Shown: positions 41,401-59,057, counted from the stretch's first letter. The stretch: 64,000 bases of DNA from Ptychomitrium polyphyllum (GCA_973851085.1 OZ316775.1:11718001-11782000); one strand, 5' to 3'. The notes: generated by a model not told the origin, from the sequence alone. Program-made: numbers and translations.

Positions 41401-44400
41401 CTTGATTCTAAGGATTGCACTTGAAGTGTGCGGTAGACTTCCATTCCATTTAGAAAGAGCAAATTGTGGATACGTTGCTTATTCCGTTTATATACGATAA
41501 ATTAGTATTTTTCTAAGTTATTCACTAGATTCAATGAAGATCAATGCAATTCTACGGGCTTCAAGATATAAGTTTCTTTCAAGCTGGAGTTGGTTTGAAG
41601 ACATATGGTACTGGTGGTTGTTCATCTAAGTGATAACCAGTTACATCCCCACATTGGTATATAGGTGATGAATTTCTGCAGGAACAGGATCCTATTGAGA
41701 TTTCATTTCTTGCACTATCGAAGGTATGGCGAAACCTTATCTGACAAAGAATCTCTAATCTTCACGGAAATCTTTGTTTAGTGTAGAATGAGGAGGTTCT
41801 CACTGTACTCAACGAGTTGGTAGAGGGCTATAATATGAGATACAAATTTGAAGCTGACCTTAAGTGACTTTCTGTGATGTTGGCAGCTTGAAAATCTGCG
41901 ACAACGTCAGGTTGCAAGGAGGAAGACCGATGAGAGAGCTGGCACTAATAAAAAATTGAAAGAAACAGGAATTTTAGAGGCTGATCCACTTAAAGTCAGC
42001 AACCGAGAGCGTAGTGATCACTCTCAGAAAGGCGGTTCTAAGAGAGGGAGTGCTGCTCTACCTGCACTTGCTGAATCTCCTTTTGTGAGCAATATAGATC
42101 GTATGGAGGCTCTTTTAGACCAAGAAATTGACAATCTTTTGAAGATGAAGGAGGCTAAACACTCGAAGGACAAACAGGTGCGGTTAGTTTGTGTGACTGG
42201 GTACTTTAGTGTATGCTTAGTGATAGTTGTATGAGCAGCTCATCTTATTTCACATCATGATTGGTTATCAGTAGTTCAATTTCGACAATCAATACATAGT
42301 TCAATATCAGATCCACTCAACTCTATCCACAGTATATAGTAGAACCATACTGACATGCAAAGATAAAACAGGAAGCAAAGAAGGAAGAGATATTGTTGGA
42401 GAAAGATGACTGTTTAAACGAAAGGTCAAAACTAGAATTAAAGCATGCGCGTGCTGTGCATGACATAGCCAAAGAATTAGAACAGAGGAAAGCCCGCATT
42501 CAAGAGCTGGAAAACGAAGCCCAAGAAAAGGTGGCCAAGTTAGAGGAAGCGAAGTCTGCAGGGAAGCTTGCTCTCGCCAATGAACTAACCGAAGAGGTAC
42601 TCTTTCTTAACAAAGATTGAAACTTGACATTTCATCCGAATCTAGTACTGCATTTTCATGCCTAGACGAATTCGATGTCTTCTTGTTTCAGCGGGTAAGA
42701 GGTTTTCTCCTTTCAATTTTCTTTTAGTCTGATATAAGGAATTGGAAATCAGGTTACAGTGTTGCATGAGGCATGTGAACATGAAAAAGAAACATATATA
42801 AACTTGGAAGACTGTCAGAGTTCTCAGAAAGTATTGACAGAAGCGGAAGAGCTTGGGGACCTGGATGAACGCATTGAGGGTCTGGATGCTCAGGCTGAGT
42901 ACATGACCTTGTCTATTGCTGAGCACGAGCGTGAAATCCTGGAAGGAAATTCCACCAAGTATGGCCGATTTTTCTTGTAGCCCCTCCAATCAAGTACTCT
43001 AACTTATGTCAGGTGTCTGAAGAACGTCATTTGAATGGTATTTGCAGGTCATTCGAGTAATGCCTTTTAACCATTTTTTCATTCCTGATTTCTTGTGATT
43101 TTGTAAATGCTTGACGAATAAAGTAACATTAGAGATAAAAAATAAAGCAGGGAGGAAATGGCTGCACAGCTCGAGGCAATTCCACCGCATGATGCTAAGG
43201 TTATGCTGCGAAAATATTTGGAAAAACACATAGGATTAATAGACAAGCAACGGCAGGATGCCAAAAATCTGGCCAATCTCGAAGTGCAGCTGAAGGAGAA
43301 ACAACAAGCAGTTAATGAAGTTGAGCGAAGTTCCCGCTTGAAAGAGCTTGAATTTGACCGCAGGTACGGTAATCGTGATCGGGGAAGCTTTCTGGTCTCG
43401 AACAACCCTTCTTGTCCTCGAGCTAGTGCAATTGTACATAGGTTGCAAGAGGTCATGAATATGCCAGCGAAGATATAGTGGAGAAGAAATGTGATACAGT
43501 TTTGTTGAATCTGCTTGTTTGAGCGTCTTTTTTTGTGGTGATACCAGAATGTGGCCCTTTGAGGCGTTGTTGTGGCGTTTGTCAATTTGCAACTTGCACT
43601 ATGCTCATATAAGTCTAGACTCTGGCATAAATCTAATTGTTGAACCATGCCACAGACACGAATCTCGACTTCCTACATGAGTTGTGAAATGATCGTATGA
43701 TTCAATGTGCTGGAAACATTTCATGTGCTCCTCGCATCACAGGAAGTGCTAGGCGCGCTAATGATATCGATGACTTAAATATCCTCAGGTTGACGGAGTT
43801 GCAAACGGAACACGCAAAGAATGTGCAATACTTGTTGAAGCAGGTTGAAACTGTGTCGACCACTCCTGTACTTGAAAGGTTTGGTCTACCCTATTTGCTT
43901 ATATATTGTCCCAACTTGGAAGGTTTTGGATAGTTTTAAGTTCCCTTACACCCATATCTGAAAGCTTTTGTCATTTGAAGTCTTTCCTGGAGGGTGAGAA
44001 TTGCCATAGTGCTTCTTATTCGGTGTCACGCGTAATTTCTCCTTTTAGAGCGCCTTGATTCTCCGTGATTGATTGAGAGTGCAATGGGGAGGGTGGGATG
44101 GTGGCGTTTGATAAGTTTCTACATTGTGGATGCAGGGGTTTCAGTTTTACGGGCTACTTTTATATCTAGGGATAGCTTTTCATCTTCTTAAAGTCATCTG
44201 TTGCATCGTCTGATGACTGCGGCATTTATGTATAAGCAGAACCACCTGATTAAGAGTTTCATTAAACTTTTGACGTACTAGGATTTTTAGCTTTTTTGCA
44301 TGATGTTGCATTGTCCGGTTGCAACGGACAATGCAACATGATGTTTTAAAGTAGATCTTGTAGAAGTAAAACCTGAAAGTTGTCCTGATCATACAGGCCG

Positions 44401-45979
44401 GTCAATCTGGTTACAAAGGCACGTGCGGACTTCCAACCGCAAGATTGCGAGGCCAGAGCATCAAAAGATGAGTCTAATGAAAAGATAGTGCCTGACATTA
44501 CACAAAAGATTGTGGAGTTGGACAAAGACAATATTTTTTACAAGCAAACTAATCGGAATCTGAAGCGCAAGCTTCGGGAAATGATAAACGCTTTTGATTC
44601 TGAAAAACAGGTGTGGTGATTTTTGCTCCCAACAGAATGCATACAAATTGTGCATAACAGTATCACCCCTAGTAATCTGCGCGCATATAGTCCAGCATAT
44701 TCACATTGATTTTGCTGATTTGGAGCATGTGGTTGGCCGGCACGGCATATGCCATAGGATTATCCTAACAGGAAATTCTTGAGCAAGAATGTTATATGCC
44801 TTTGCCTCACGCGCCAAAGTAAAACCGATGTGAAGTTGTTTCTTAGGTATGGTAAACAGTTCAGTTGATATGGATTATTCAAGTTCCTTTTTATGCTGAT
44901 GTAGCATAGTTAGCTCCTATAAATATCAGGAAAACAAGCATTCAGCACTGAACATTGTGCTTGAGAGATGAATATAGAGTCAGCAGTGTTTAGAATTAAA
45001 ACATGTCGAGGAGACTGACCAAATGTTTGTTGGCTGCTGCAGTCTATTCAAAGCAAGGTACAAGCAGAGCGCCAGGTCTGGGAGTCAGAACGTTGTACAT
45101 GGGAGGCTCGTGAAAACATGTTCTTGTCCAAGCACGAACAATTGGAGCGAGACCATCAGGTAGACCTTACCTACTTTGAGCCGTTTTAGTTCTGATAGCC
45201 AATTCCTAATTTCACGCTATCTTGCAAGTTACAACCTTATAGCCAATTGTCAGACCTTTCTTCAAAGAATTTAAGCGTTTGTTTTGTTTCATATCATGTT
45301 CCTAAGAATGACAGTCGTTATAAGTGTTGGCAAGTATTCAACTTTTATTATACTCGAATGAAATGAACATTTCTCAAAATGGGTAGTGTTGATGCAGCAA
45401 TGCTTCTCCGTCATGTCTAATTGCTTTTCTTGGTGAAATACTTCGTAGCAGATGATTTTAGGATTTGGTAGTAACCTCCGCATCAATCATCAATATGTGG
45501 TGTCATGAATCATATATTCCACTAGGAAAGATCAGGTGTATGAGGCTGTGACATACCAGCATATGTTCTAGGTCATACAGAATATTATGGGGTGCTTTAC
45601 CATGCCTGTAGGAATTAGCACCTTCCAGTCCATTTAAGCTGTTCTCAGTCTTGTACATCATGATAAGGATTTTCTGCGTCTTTTCTTTGACAGGCACGGG
45701 GAAGAAATTTTTGGTCTTTAGTCCTTGTAAGATCAAGTTGTATTTGTTTATGGTTGAAAATTATCCCCTTTTTAAGAATCAGTTTTTTTGTATCTATCAA
45801 AAATGTCAACGCTAATGTAATTCCTTGGGCAGGCACTCAAAGAAGAACTGGAGAACACAAAATCGCTGATGCACAAGGCGGGATTGGGAATACGGCTTCC
45901 TGTTCGCAACGTAAGGGAGCTGACAGAGGGTGATGTTGACCAGCGGTGCTCACAACCATCATCACATGGGGAACCGTGA
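32440..45979 (+). CDS. Kinesin-4 family motor, KIF7/KIF27-like (kinesin-4II type), 27 coding exons, ~1505 aa
   Basis: Exons 32440-32711, 33612-33780, 33976-34136, 34442-34598, 34814-34923, 35106-35178, 35580-35626, 35759-35894, 36000-36124, 36779-36884, 37056-37127, 37498-37869, 37968-38156, 38268-38561, 38855-38941, 39064-39177, 40001-40141, 40485-40700, 41084-41257, 41887-42177, ~42372-42596, ~42753-42958, 43151-43363, 43789-43878, 44397-44610, 45043-45159 and 45833-45979 keep frame. Motor motifs: [59 protein letters not shown] long coiled coil follows, with the tail motif [21 protein letters not shown]. Confidence 0.93.
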
Positions 45980-47270
45980 CTAGATTTTGATTTAAACATT
46001 TCCCTGATTCCTGCTTCATTTTCTCCTGCCATCGTAGGGATCATGATATTTGGGGCTGGTGTCGAGGTGCTTATTGAAGTTCCAGATAGCTTGGGGCTTT
46101 CCAATTCTCCCTTCATGTATGAAGAGCAAATTTAGTACTACTAATATCTAGTCCAGGTTCTTAATGTCAACCTCCTCTTTGATGTAGGATTAGCAAGGTG
46201 CACCAGATTGTGCCTGTATTCTTACTGCGCTTGTTAAGAACTCAGAATTTTTCTTTGTAAATGGGTATTTTATCATGTACAGTACTTGAGAGATTCCATG
46301 TTACTACTGAATTTGAAATATGAAGGTGACAATTAAATAAGTCAATCATGGAGAGACCTTTCTATTTTTAAAAGTGAACTTGTTGAAAGGATGTCAATTA
46401 CATCTTATACACAATGACATAATAAACATGTTCCTCCAAGTGGATCCAAACAACTTATTATGGAGAGGCCTCTAAACATTACATCATTATAAACACTTTC
46501 TATAATGTTATTTAGATGTTTTAAAAACATTCAATCTTATCAAAAACCATAAATTAAAATGATCATTTTCAAAAGTTAAATGTTATGTAATTATAATCCT
46601 AAAAGTTAAAGAATTATAATTATTGAGTATCTTTTAAGTTGTTAATTTAGTTGCAAATGATAATTGATATCATGATAAATGATTTAATAAAAGGCATTAT
46701 TTATAAATGTTCTTAATGAAAAAAAATTTATTTATTTGTTCATTATGTACCCTTCACAAGTGAAGTTTAAAAAGAATCTTGTATAAATCTAATAGAAATA
46801 CTTTCAAATTTAAGTTTTGTGCCCTATGTAGAATTTAGACATGATAATTTTTCAAGTTACTAATTTTGAAAAGTTAATTCAATCATCTATTCAAGCATCA
46901 AAAATTGATGTAGGTTACAATTACACTGAATTATTAAAAGGATATATGGATTTTTTAACACATATTTATTTAAAATTTACATCATAATTTAAAAAATATT
47001 ATTGAATAGGTATTGAAGGGTTCAATTATAAATTGTATGTGATAATATTAGAATTTGGAAAAAAAAACTATTTGTCAATCAAATTTTGTTCAAATTTTTT
47101 TTTTAAAAATACTTTGACTAAAACTTATATAACTAGGATATTTTGAAATAACCAAATCATATAAATCACAATCATATTTAATCTAAAACATGTTTTTAAA
47201 ATGTTTACATCTCATTACAAAAAATATCAACTAACGTTATTAAATTGTGCCATACTAGAGCCTTTTATTC

Positions 47271-47294
47271 ATATATATATATATATATATATAT
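47271..47294. repeat. (AT)12 microsatellite within an AT-rich block (~46300-47900)
   Basis: Seen directly. Confidence 0.9.
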
Positions 47295-48351
47295 TGATAT
47301 ATAAAATCTCGAAATTATGATTTAATATTATATTCTAGATGATTTTGAGTTTATAATTAATTAAATTTTCCCTCCTTTCACCAAGTACTTGGATTCTAAA
47401 AACCCATTATTTCTCATAAAAAAATATATGAATATTTAAAAAAATCAAACATTTTTTTTAAGTCTTTTGATTATTTTTGTTTTGTATTTTAACCAAGTCA
47501 TTGGACATATATCACTCAATCACTTATTTTATTGTAAACTTGAAATTATTCATTCTTAAAATTGTTTTAAATGACATGGATTATAATGAATAATATTATT
47601 ACAACTCTTCACTTCTTTTCCAAGTGCCAAACTTGGCTAAACATTGTATATATTTGAATATTTAGCCAAGGTGTTTTGGTGCTATAGAACTTGTTTGCAT
47701 TTGAAGTAATCCACTATTAACTTGGAAAGTGAAAATCAATACCAAATAAAAATGAAGAGATATACTTGTGGCTGCATAAAGACATAAAATTAATTTGGTG
47801 ACTTTAGATACAGATTCCTTCATTCTTTTATATAATAATGGTTAAACAATGGAGATGTAACTTTGTATGGAATCATAAGTTTTGGGGAGGGTATTAAAGA
47901 AATTGCCTGAATAATGTAAAGGTAGTAGCAGTTCAGGGCTGAAAGAATGTTATGAAAGGTTAGACCAAGAAATTTGATAAAAGAGGAATGTGCTAGTGAC
48001 GAATGACTACCAGTTTCCAATTACGACAAGGTAACTTCTCCTTGAAAACTGTGCACCGGTTCTCTGTTTACTTGAATATTTTAGAGTATGAACTCCGGAT
48101 GTGCAAAGTACGGTAGTATTATACTGCCAGGCGTTATTTTGTTCCTCCACGAGTCATGTTTAGATTAACTTAATGTTTTGGCGTCGCTCACATGGGTCCC
48201 GTCAGAGCAGGGATGTATTCAGTGGAACCACTTCGGACTTCAGTGACGAAACCAAAGTACAGCACCATGACGAACACAAAATTCTAAAGGTCAAAGTTCC
48301 ATGACTCTCATATGCAACTGCAACCCTGCAGTTGTCGTCAGTATCGAAATC

Positions 48352-48426
48352 ATATGCGTAATTTTAAAAGTTAGCATTTCGATCAATTTTATATGCGATA
48401 TTTTAAAAGTTAGCCTTTCGACCAAT
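48352..48426. repeat. Imperfect tandem duplication, period 39 bp
   Basis: atatgcgtaattttaaaagttagcatttcgatcaat at 48352 and atatgcgatattttaaaagttagcctttcgaccaat at 48391. Confidence 0.85.
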
Positions 48427-51400
48427 GTGCCGGCATACTTATTAAATTTATATGTTAATTACACTGCTGCTAGCGGGACCTTGGCTGCATTACCAATTCC
48501 GAATTGATTATGCGTAGCGATCCTGCATGCTTGGGTCCGATTAAGCACAATGGTCCTGAGCTGAACACGACATGTTATGACCCTGCTTGAAAGAGCTCCG
48601 GACTCCAAGACTCAATTGCAGACTCATAATTTGGTATTCGTTCTCAAAAGACCACCTTGGAAACTACGTGCTTGACATCCGCGAGTTGTCATCTGCAAGG
48701 AATGGAAGTCGGATAGTAATCTAGTGGCCGGGTCTTACGTTTCCAAACCACTTTGATACTTTCTTTGATTCTTTCAGGTGTCACTCAGTCCTGCATGGCT
48801 GATGGCAGACTGACGGAAGATACTCACGCTCCTATCACCATAGAACGATTCATGGTGGTAGGTTGCACGTTATCGGAAGAAGAAAGTTACAGGGGCATTG
48901 CAGTGCAGAATACCTGGGATCATTGTGTAAAAGTCGTAGCAAGTTATAAAATGATCCTTCGACTCTCAGTCGTAAACTTGTAGTAAATAGTGAGATTTCA
49001 TTGAAAAATATCTGTTCATGAATTCCTCATACAGAACTCTCATGAGCTTAATACTAAATTGAGCGCTGAATCATATACATGTTTCAAATATAGGGCAGTG
49101 CAGTAATTTATTGCTCATACAGCCGAAAATATAGTCAAGCTTCAATACTTAGTCGACATTGAGTCACAAACAGTGACACATTGATAACAAAACCAATCAC
49201 TGATCATGCGTCCTGAATCAAGATCAACCGATCATCGCCAGACAAAGTGCAATTAATGATGTCTTTCGACCCCACTGCTCGTTCTGCACCGATAGTCACA
49301 AAGTTAACTAAACAATACCAATTCCTCTGATAATCACTAGTCTAGTACCCGACCATTAGGTTGAAACTCGATGCAGGTTTTCTTTTGTGCCACAAAGTCT
49401 CCCCAGTCCGGCGCTTCTGGACAAGATGCACTCCAGAATAGAGCCACTTGGGCATATCCAGCCCCCTAGAGTACAATTTCAAATTGATCAATTGCGAAGA
49501 TTCGACCGACCCTCGCAATATACAATTAACCAATTCCATATGGTTGGACCTTTCTCGTCTAGTTGCAGACAACATTAACTGCAGCTGAACCCCTGCAGTC
49601 ATGCAATGTGGTGCATGTCATGGTTGAACGCTAGAATGGAACAAGTCACGCGTTTTCAGGCACACGACAAGCACGATGACAGCCCTCGAAGTGGACAGTC
49701 CCACGGCCTGGAAATCTAAAAGATTCCTCAAGTCAAGGCTTGGGTCCCAGCTGAGTCGCACTTGGGTCTCCGCTGCGATCTGAAAGTGGGGTACCACGGA
49801 TTACCTTGCAACGCCGGTCCTCCCATGCTTTACAAAAGCTCGCATTACCATGGCCAGCTTTTCTTCTCTTTCTGGCAGACTGGGACACTTTTCTTGTATA
49901 TCCTGCATTAGAACTGTGGGTTTGGGGGCAATGCATTGTCAAGCTGCCTTGATCCTTGTTGTTTTAATCCGGCAAGGAATTAATGCTGCTCCCTCTTTTA
50001 GCGAAGAGTGTTGAAGACTGGAAGGTGGCTGGTACTTGACTGCGAGTCTGTAACAGTCGGAAAAGGTAGGCGTCAGGTTGACGACTGGGCTCAGCTCCAT
50101 GAGTTTCTTTTTCTCTTTTCAATGGTGGGGCGTCAAAATGGTTCTCCGTTCTCTACAGAAATGCATGCCTGTGCAATTGTTTATGTTATTTGCTGCTACA
50201 CGACCGTATTTGTTTTTGTCTACAGTTGCATGTACTTTACACATCATGACAAGTACAGACTTCCTCGGACGTTGGATCAAATTTGAAGTCATCGGGGCTC
50301 ATAGATTATAAAATTGTAACTACCCACTGTCAAAAATTGGTTCTGAATTATGGTAATGGCACTTATCAAGGTAATTTAGAAAATGTGTCCATGATTAATA
50401 TTTAGAAATTATTGTGAAGTTTTTACAAGTACGTTAGTATAAGGAATTAATATTCCCTATACTAAAGCACTTGCAAAAATCTCACAACACTTTTGGATGG
50501 ATTCACATTATTAAGTTATTAACCATAGTAGTAAGACTTGATTTACAATTAAATCCAATAATCTATATTAAAATTGGATTTGGAATGAATGAAAGTTAGA
50601 TTTCAAAGTTCCAATTGTTTAAGGTTCTAAAATATGTGAACTAGAAGTCTTCAAAATTTCAACAAATTTTTAGAGTTGAGTGAAATTTATCCATTTAATC
50701 ATTTACATTTGATGGGTAGCTCCAATCAAATCCAAAATTTGATGATATACCTCAAATTCCATACACTAACATGCTTACAATGGATGTAAGAATTGTCATT
50801 TAATGTCAAAATATTGAATTTCTGTATTTGATGCGAATTTTAACGTGCTTCCAGTGGTGAAACTTTCAAGCAGTCATTTGATGTGAATTAAAAGTTTTGG
50901 TATGTGCGTTGGAGATGCTCCAAAAATTGTAATGCTGGGTCAAAAAAGGCAATGAGAAGCTCGTCATTTTCACCTAACTAAAATTGTAGGTGGGCCCATA
51001 TACACCAAGCCTTCGTGCTGGTCTTGTACTGGGTGTTGCAGTTCATTGTTACTAACTAGTTCTGATTTCTGGAATTGAAGCAGGTTGTAAAATTATAATC
51101 AAGTGAGCATTGAACTTGAGTATACCAACGTGCAGCAAACTTGCTAAGTTGCATTCCCTCAAGTCGGATTAACGTCTGCGACAAACTCCACTGATAAACT
51201 CACAACGTATTTTGTGACCACTGCGTTCTAGCATACAGTATTCAGTAGTAGTTACTATCTGTTTAGTTGGACCGCAAACCAATGCACAAATTGAATTTAC
51301 AACAAATCAAGCCACACGTTGAGCACTTGTAGCGACAAGATGGATCACAGAACGGCTGTTGGAGAGTATTAGTAGATTCCTTTCTTGAAAGGCGGAGAAA

Positions 51401-54400
51401 GCTTAAAGCATTTCCAATGACCGTTTACACCTAAAATTTTTAAAGCATAAAACGTTACTTGTCAATAGCAAAAAACAAAAAGTTTTTCGCAAATTCCAGT
51501 TGAAATTTTAGGCCAGGTACATCTGGTCGTGCCGCGAACGTACCCTTTGTACTGACCAGTGTACACCCCCCAAATGTTATTATCAGTAATTTTCGAGGTA
51601 AGTGGTAAGTACCAGGAGAGGTATTGGCCAGTTAGGCTGCCTACCTAAGAGTGAGGTTACACGTAAAACCACCGGCCCAAGTAGTGCCTGTCGGATCTCC
51701 AGTGGGAATTTTAGAGAACGGGTCGTATCACTTGACTGCACCGTTCGAGTTTGTGGCACAGACGTGAAGAGCTAGGCACCTCTCTGTTTCAGTTATAGCC
51801 CGAGATTATTGGGATGTACATTCCTGGATTATAAAGTCAGTACTATTTTCTTCACATTGAATCACTTCTAAGACGTGGTTGCATAATGCAAGCAAGGTTG
51901 CATCAATCCAGCACCACCTGCTGCAAGAACTGATGCCACTAATCATTGACTCAACTAGTAACCTCGTCGTGAAATCACCAACTTAATACAAGCGGAGGAC
52001 GGGATCAGTCCAGATGAAATTCCATCAGCTTTTTAGCATGGTCAAGCTGTAGAACATCGGTTGGCACAAAGGCAGTAATTTGATATCATTAGTTGCAGTA
52101 AGTAATTAAGAGACCAACGAATTCCGAATCAATGAACATGGATACTTCAAATAGAAATCCTTGGTATTAGTCGTGATCTCACGAGGACTGTCAATGCACG
52201 AATAACTCTCCATGGTGGGCATTGTCAAGAAAACAACTTGAAACTTGTCATGACTAATTGGTGCACAAGGTCAGAGGTTACGATGAGGCTGGTGACGTTA
52301 AATATGGTTACGACCTGCTGCTAGTCATGTATTGTTTTAGAGGTATACTGGTTACTGGATCTCGTATTAGTGACAAATTTAAGTATCATCAGCGTGCTCA
52401 GTCTGTAAATGGAAGATTGAATCCCCGAGTTTATGATACCCAGCCAAGAGAGTGCAAGACGAATACCAAATCGCCTGACTCGGTCTTACAGTAAACGTAG
52501 GAATTTACTTCCATACTGGCATGCAGTGTGCCCGTGGCGCGGAGCACGCGCAATGGCCCGATGGGCACGGTCGCCGAGTGAATCAGTTGGATTAACGTTG
52601 TTTGACCCTGTTCTTCTATTCAGAGAATCCAACTTCAGTACCGGACCTGGTCCGCAACCGGTGCTGAGAGTGAGATACAATTGGAAGAGAAACGTACTGA
52701 TTTGGATCGATCCTAACCGGTTGCTTACAGATCAATATTTCTGTGACCTGTCATCCACGCTATAACTTATGATAGGTAGGGAATCATGACCACTGTCGAT
52801 CTTGTCCTCTTGAAAAATCAATTATGCCAAAATCAAGTCTACCTGCTCAGCCACAACACCGTCTCGTAAATAGCCTACTGACTGTGTCGACCGGTATTTC
52901 TTCTTTAAATCAGATCACAAAGAGTTTGCAATTATCTGAAAATCAATTTGCCCAGTCTTTGTACTATTTGCAATGATGTTTCACTTTTCGTGGAAGTGAA
53001 ACGAAGGAAAAAAAATCTGAGGTCTTAAATCTAATTTCTAAAATCGATCTGTCAATCCGTTTCATTGTACCCGCTAACCCCTTAAATTCAAAACTTTTAA
53101 AACATTAAAATATAAAAAAGTAAAAATAAATACCTGTACCTCGAATCAGTTTTTAACCCTGAAGAAATTTTGTTACTTCGTTAAGTAACTTGAGATGACG
53201 ACATATATTATTCGCGACCTACTAATTGTCTGCGTTGATCATCGGAACTTAGTCAAACTTGGAATTCAGGAACTGTAATATCGGCGTTGCTGAATGACTC
53301 ATAAGTCGTATTTGCGGCTACAATTAATCTCTATTATTTAATCGGTCAAGTCTAACCGAAGTCCACAATCTCTTTACCACTTCTCGGGCTTCTCATGTAG
53401 TCGTAGAGAAAGTTTGCAGAAATTGCGCTTCTCCTAAAGTCTACTAAAGTTGAGCCTAAATTGGCAGTCCAAATACTTCATCAAAAAGCGTTCTTTTCAG
53501 AACTTCCTGGCTCAGAACTTGGACCCACCCACCACGACGTCCTTTTAGTGCGGCATCCAATTTAAATACCAATTTCTACAGATGGACTAAGAACACGCGT
53601 AGTCTTTCCTATAAAAAGCATCTAATATCTTCACTCGATCGTAAAAATAGATACCAAAGTGAGATGTAATGGCGTTTTGGCATTACCTTCAGACTACCAG
53701 GATGCAGCAGATAATTCTGGGCGTTACTTTTCCTGCAAAGACTTAGTTATCAACTGGTCCTTGTACTAGTAACAGTTGTTTCTGGTTTTTTGCATTAAGA
53801 TATGTCAGTAAAATCACCTGAAACGCAGAATTTACCAAAACGAGAGTGGGGATTGCTTAAAGGTGTTTGTGTAGATGAACGGATGTCAACCAGCTGCACC
53901 TAGCGAAGGTGAGGATTTTCGCAATTCCTGACTCAAAATACATAAAATAACATTTTCTGTCCTCAATTAATGAAATCAACTTTGTCCTCTTACTGTTGGG
54001 TCGCGCCCAATGGTCATTTGGAAATGAGTCCTCTGTGGAAGGAAATAGATAATCTTCGAGTCAATCCACTAATAAAGTCAATTCAATGCTACACATGAGC
54101 TAGTACTTCAATATTAGTTGAGATTAAATTAGGTATATTATACATATCAACGATAGTTGAATACGAAAATTACTGTGTGTATTTTGATATATGCATGGAT
54201 TTATTTTGCATGAACCTCCTCACCCTTATGTATGTATACTTTTTATATTTTTTCACTTTAAATATATAGAATTTGAAAAGAATTCTCTTACGTCTATTAA
54301 AATGTATAACACTTTTATATGACATGTGAGGCACATACAAGATGCGCTACATGAAGCCTGTTTGGCACTATTATCCAAGTCACAGGAATCATGGGAAATC

Positions 54401-55436
54401 CACTACCAAACCTTCCCTTTTCCTACTCCACAAACAATTCTAAAATGCATCAGAGTATACTACACTCATGAAAATTGTCTTCATAATGGAAAATAGTCAA
54501 TAAAATATAAATCCTTCTTTGGATTTAATAAATTTGCTTCATGCGTTAGCATATATGTATAAACATCTCACAAGAATAAAGCAATGTCAATTGTCGACTA
54601 TTAAGTGGTTCCTTTTTTCGAAGGGCTTTTACATGTGCCTTTACTCATTGGAAATTAATGTAAAATTTTGAAATTAGCCTGATTCATAAAGTTGCGATGA
54701 ACTCGTCATTCATGTCAGCCTTCTACCTAGCTAGGTCAACATTACTCTTCGACAGTGTATTCCACATGTCCTTCTTGATAATCGAACAGTGGTAACACGG
54801 TAGATGCCAACATGAAATGAGTTAACTCTTACAGGCACACATAGGTGGTTCTAAGAGCTACCAATCATAAACCATGAAACTTTCTCCAAAATCTACGAAA
54901 AGAAAAAGATTCGAACTGTTCTGATAAGAGCCTATGCTAATGCTCAGTCCTCCGAGGGTTCATAGTGGGTGCTGCTCCCTTACATCAAACTACCACAAAC
55001 TGCAGATCATTTTGTAACAGTTGATAATACAGATTGTGGCAATTTGAAGATGATAGTCTCTTGGAAACACACTGGACCAAGTCAAAAACACATGTGCAAT
55101 GTAGGAATCATGACAGACCAAAAACCATGAAGTGCACTTGCTTACTGAAAGAATTGTATGCCGGGTCCAGCTCCGTTCATATTTACAAGTTTGCCTCAAA
55201 CCATCGTACTGAACATGACGCCTTTCTATTCGGGCTGATAGCACTGACAAAAGGGTGATGACAAAACTAACCAAAACTATTCAGAATAAGGTTCTCTCTT
55301 TCTCAGGCAACCGGACTCATTTAAATCACAGTCACCGGAAGTACACCTATGACAGCTTAAGTTTTAATCAAAAGCCAAACCCTGAGTGATTGAATTTTAC
55401 AAAAAGATCGCTGAGCCTAAAATCAACTAGTTGAGC

Positions 55437-58336
<2,900 letters not shown>

Positions 58337-59057
58337 AATCCAATTCCCCTACTAACAACAAACTGTAAAACTGGCTCTCAGACGTGCTAATTACAAAAAT
58401 TCAGTTAACATGTATGGACAGATCCTAATCTAGATTTCTTTGCTACTCAAAGGATCAATTATACCACTCGGCCGGCTTCTCATATTCCACATCCTTACTA
58501 GATACTGCAAGGCTTGACAATTGGATGAGGGACGTCGAAACAATGAGCAAGAAGCGTAACGGAGTACAAGTCTGTGAGTAATTGATTCTGAGAGGCTACA
58601 CTTGAGTAAACCACCTTGCCAACTTTCTGTTCCTTGTACCACCTTCTCAAATACAGTTACAGACTTCAAAAGAAGAAAGTACTCCTGCACATCATGATCT
58701 GAACCCCCTCGGAACACCCCAGTTCCCTGATGGTTGTCAATTTTTCGTACCACCTTATTGACAGGACTTACTTAACCTGACTCGTATAAAGCAGCATATA
58801 CTATGGCACTGTCACATACACCGAAGCTGACAACGAGAACTATGAAGAAGAAAAAGAGGGGGGGAATAGAAACTTAGAGTTGGTGCAGGAAAGCTGTAGA
58901 GAAGGAAAGGATGGTCCACACAAATAGAGGTAGCGAATGGGACGTTGATCGCCGATGAATCAATTACAGGTAAGGTGAGTGATCAGCCTGCTTTAGCGCC
59001 CAAGTAGCTAACTGTAGGCTGGTGCGCAAAGCGGCCAACAAGTGGTGAACAACGTCT

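Noticed and set aside
43079..43648. 189-aa minus-strand ORF within the kinesin gene
   Set aside because: Antisense to kinesin exon 43151-43363 and flanking introns, with no recognisable domain.
58828..58840. TGACAACGAGA resembling the 5' half of miR535
   Set aside because: Only an 11-nt match with no evident hairpin, so it is expected by chance.
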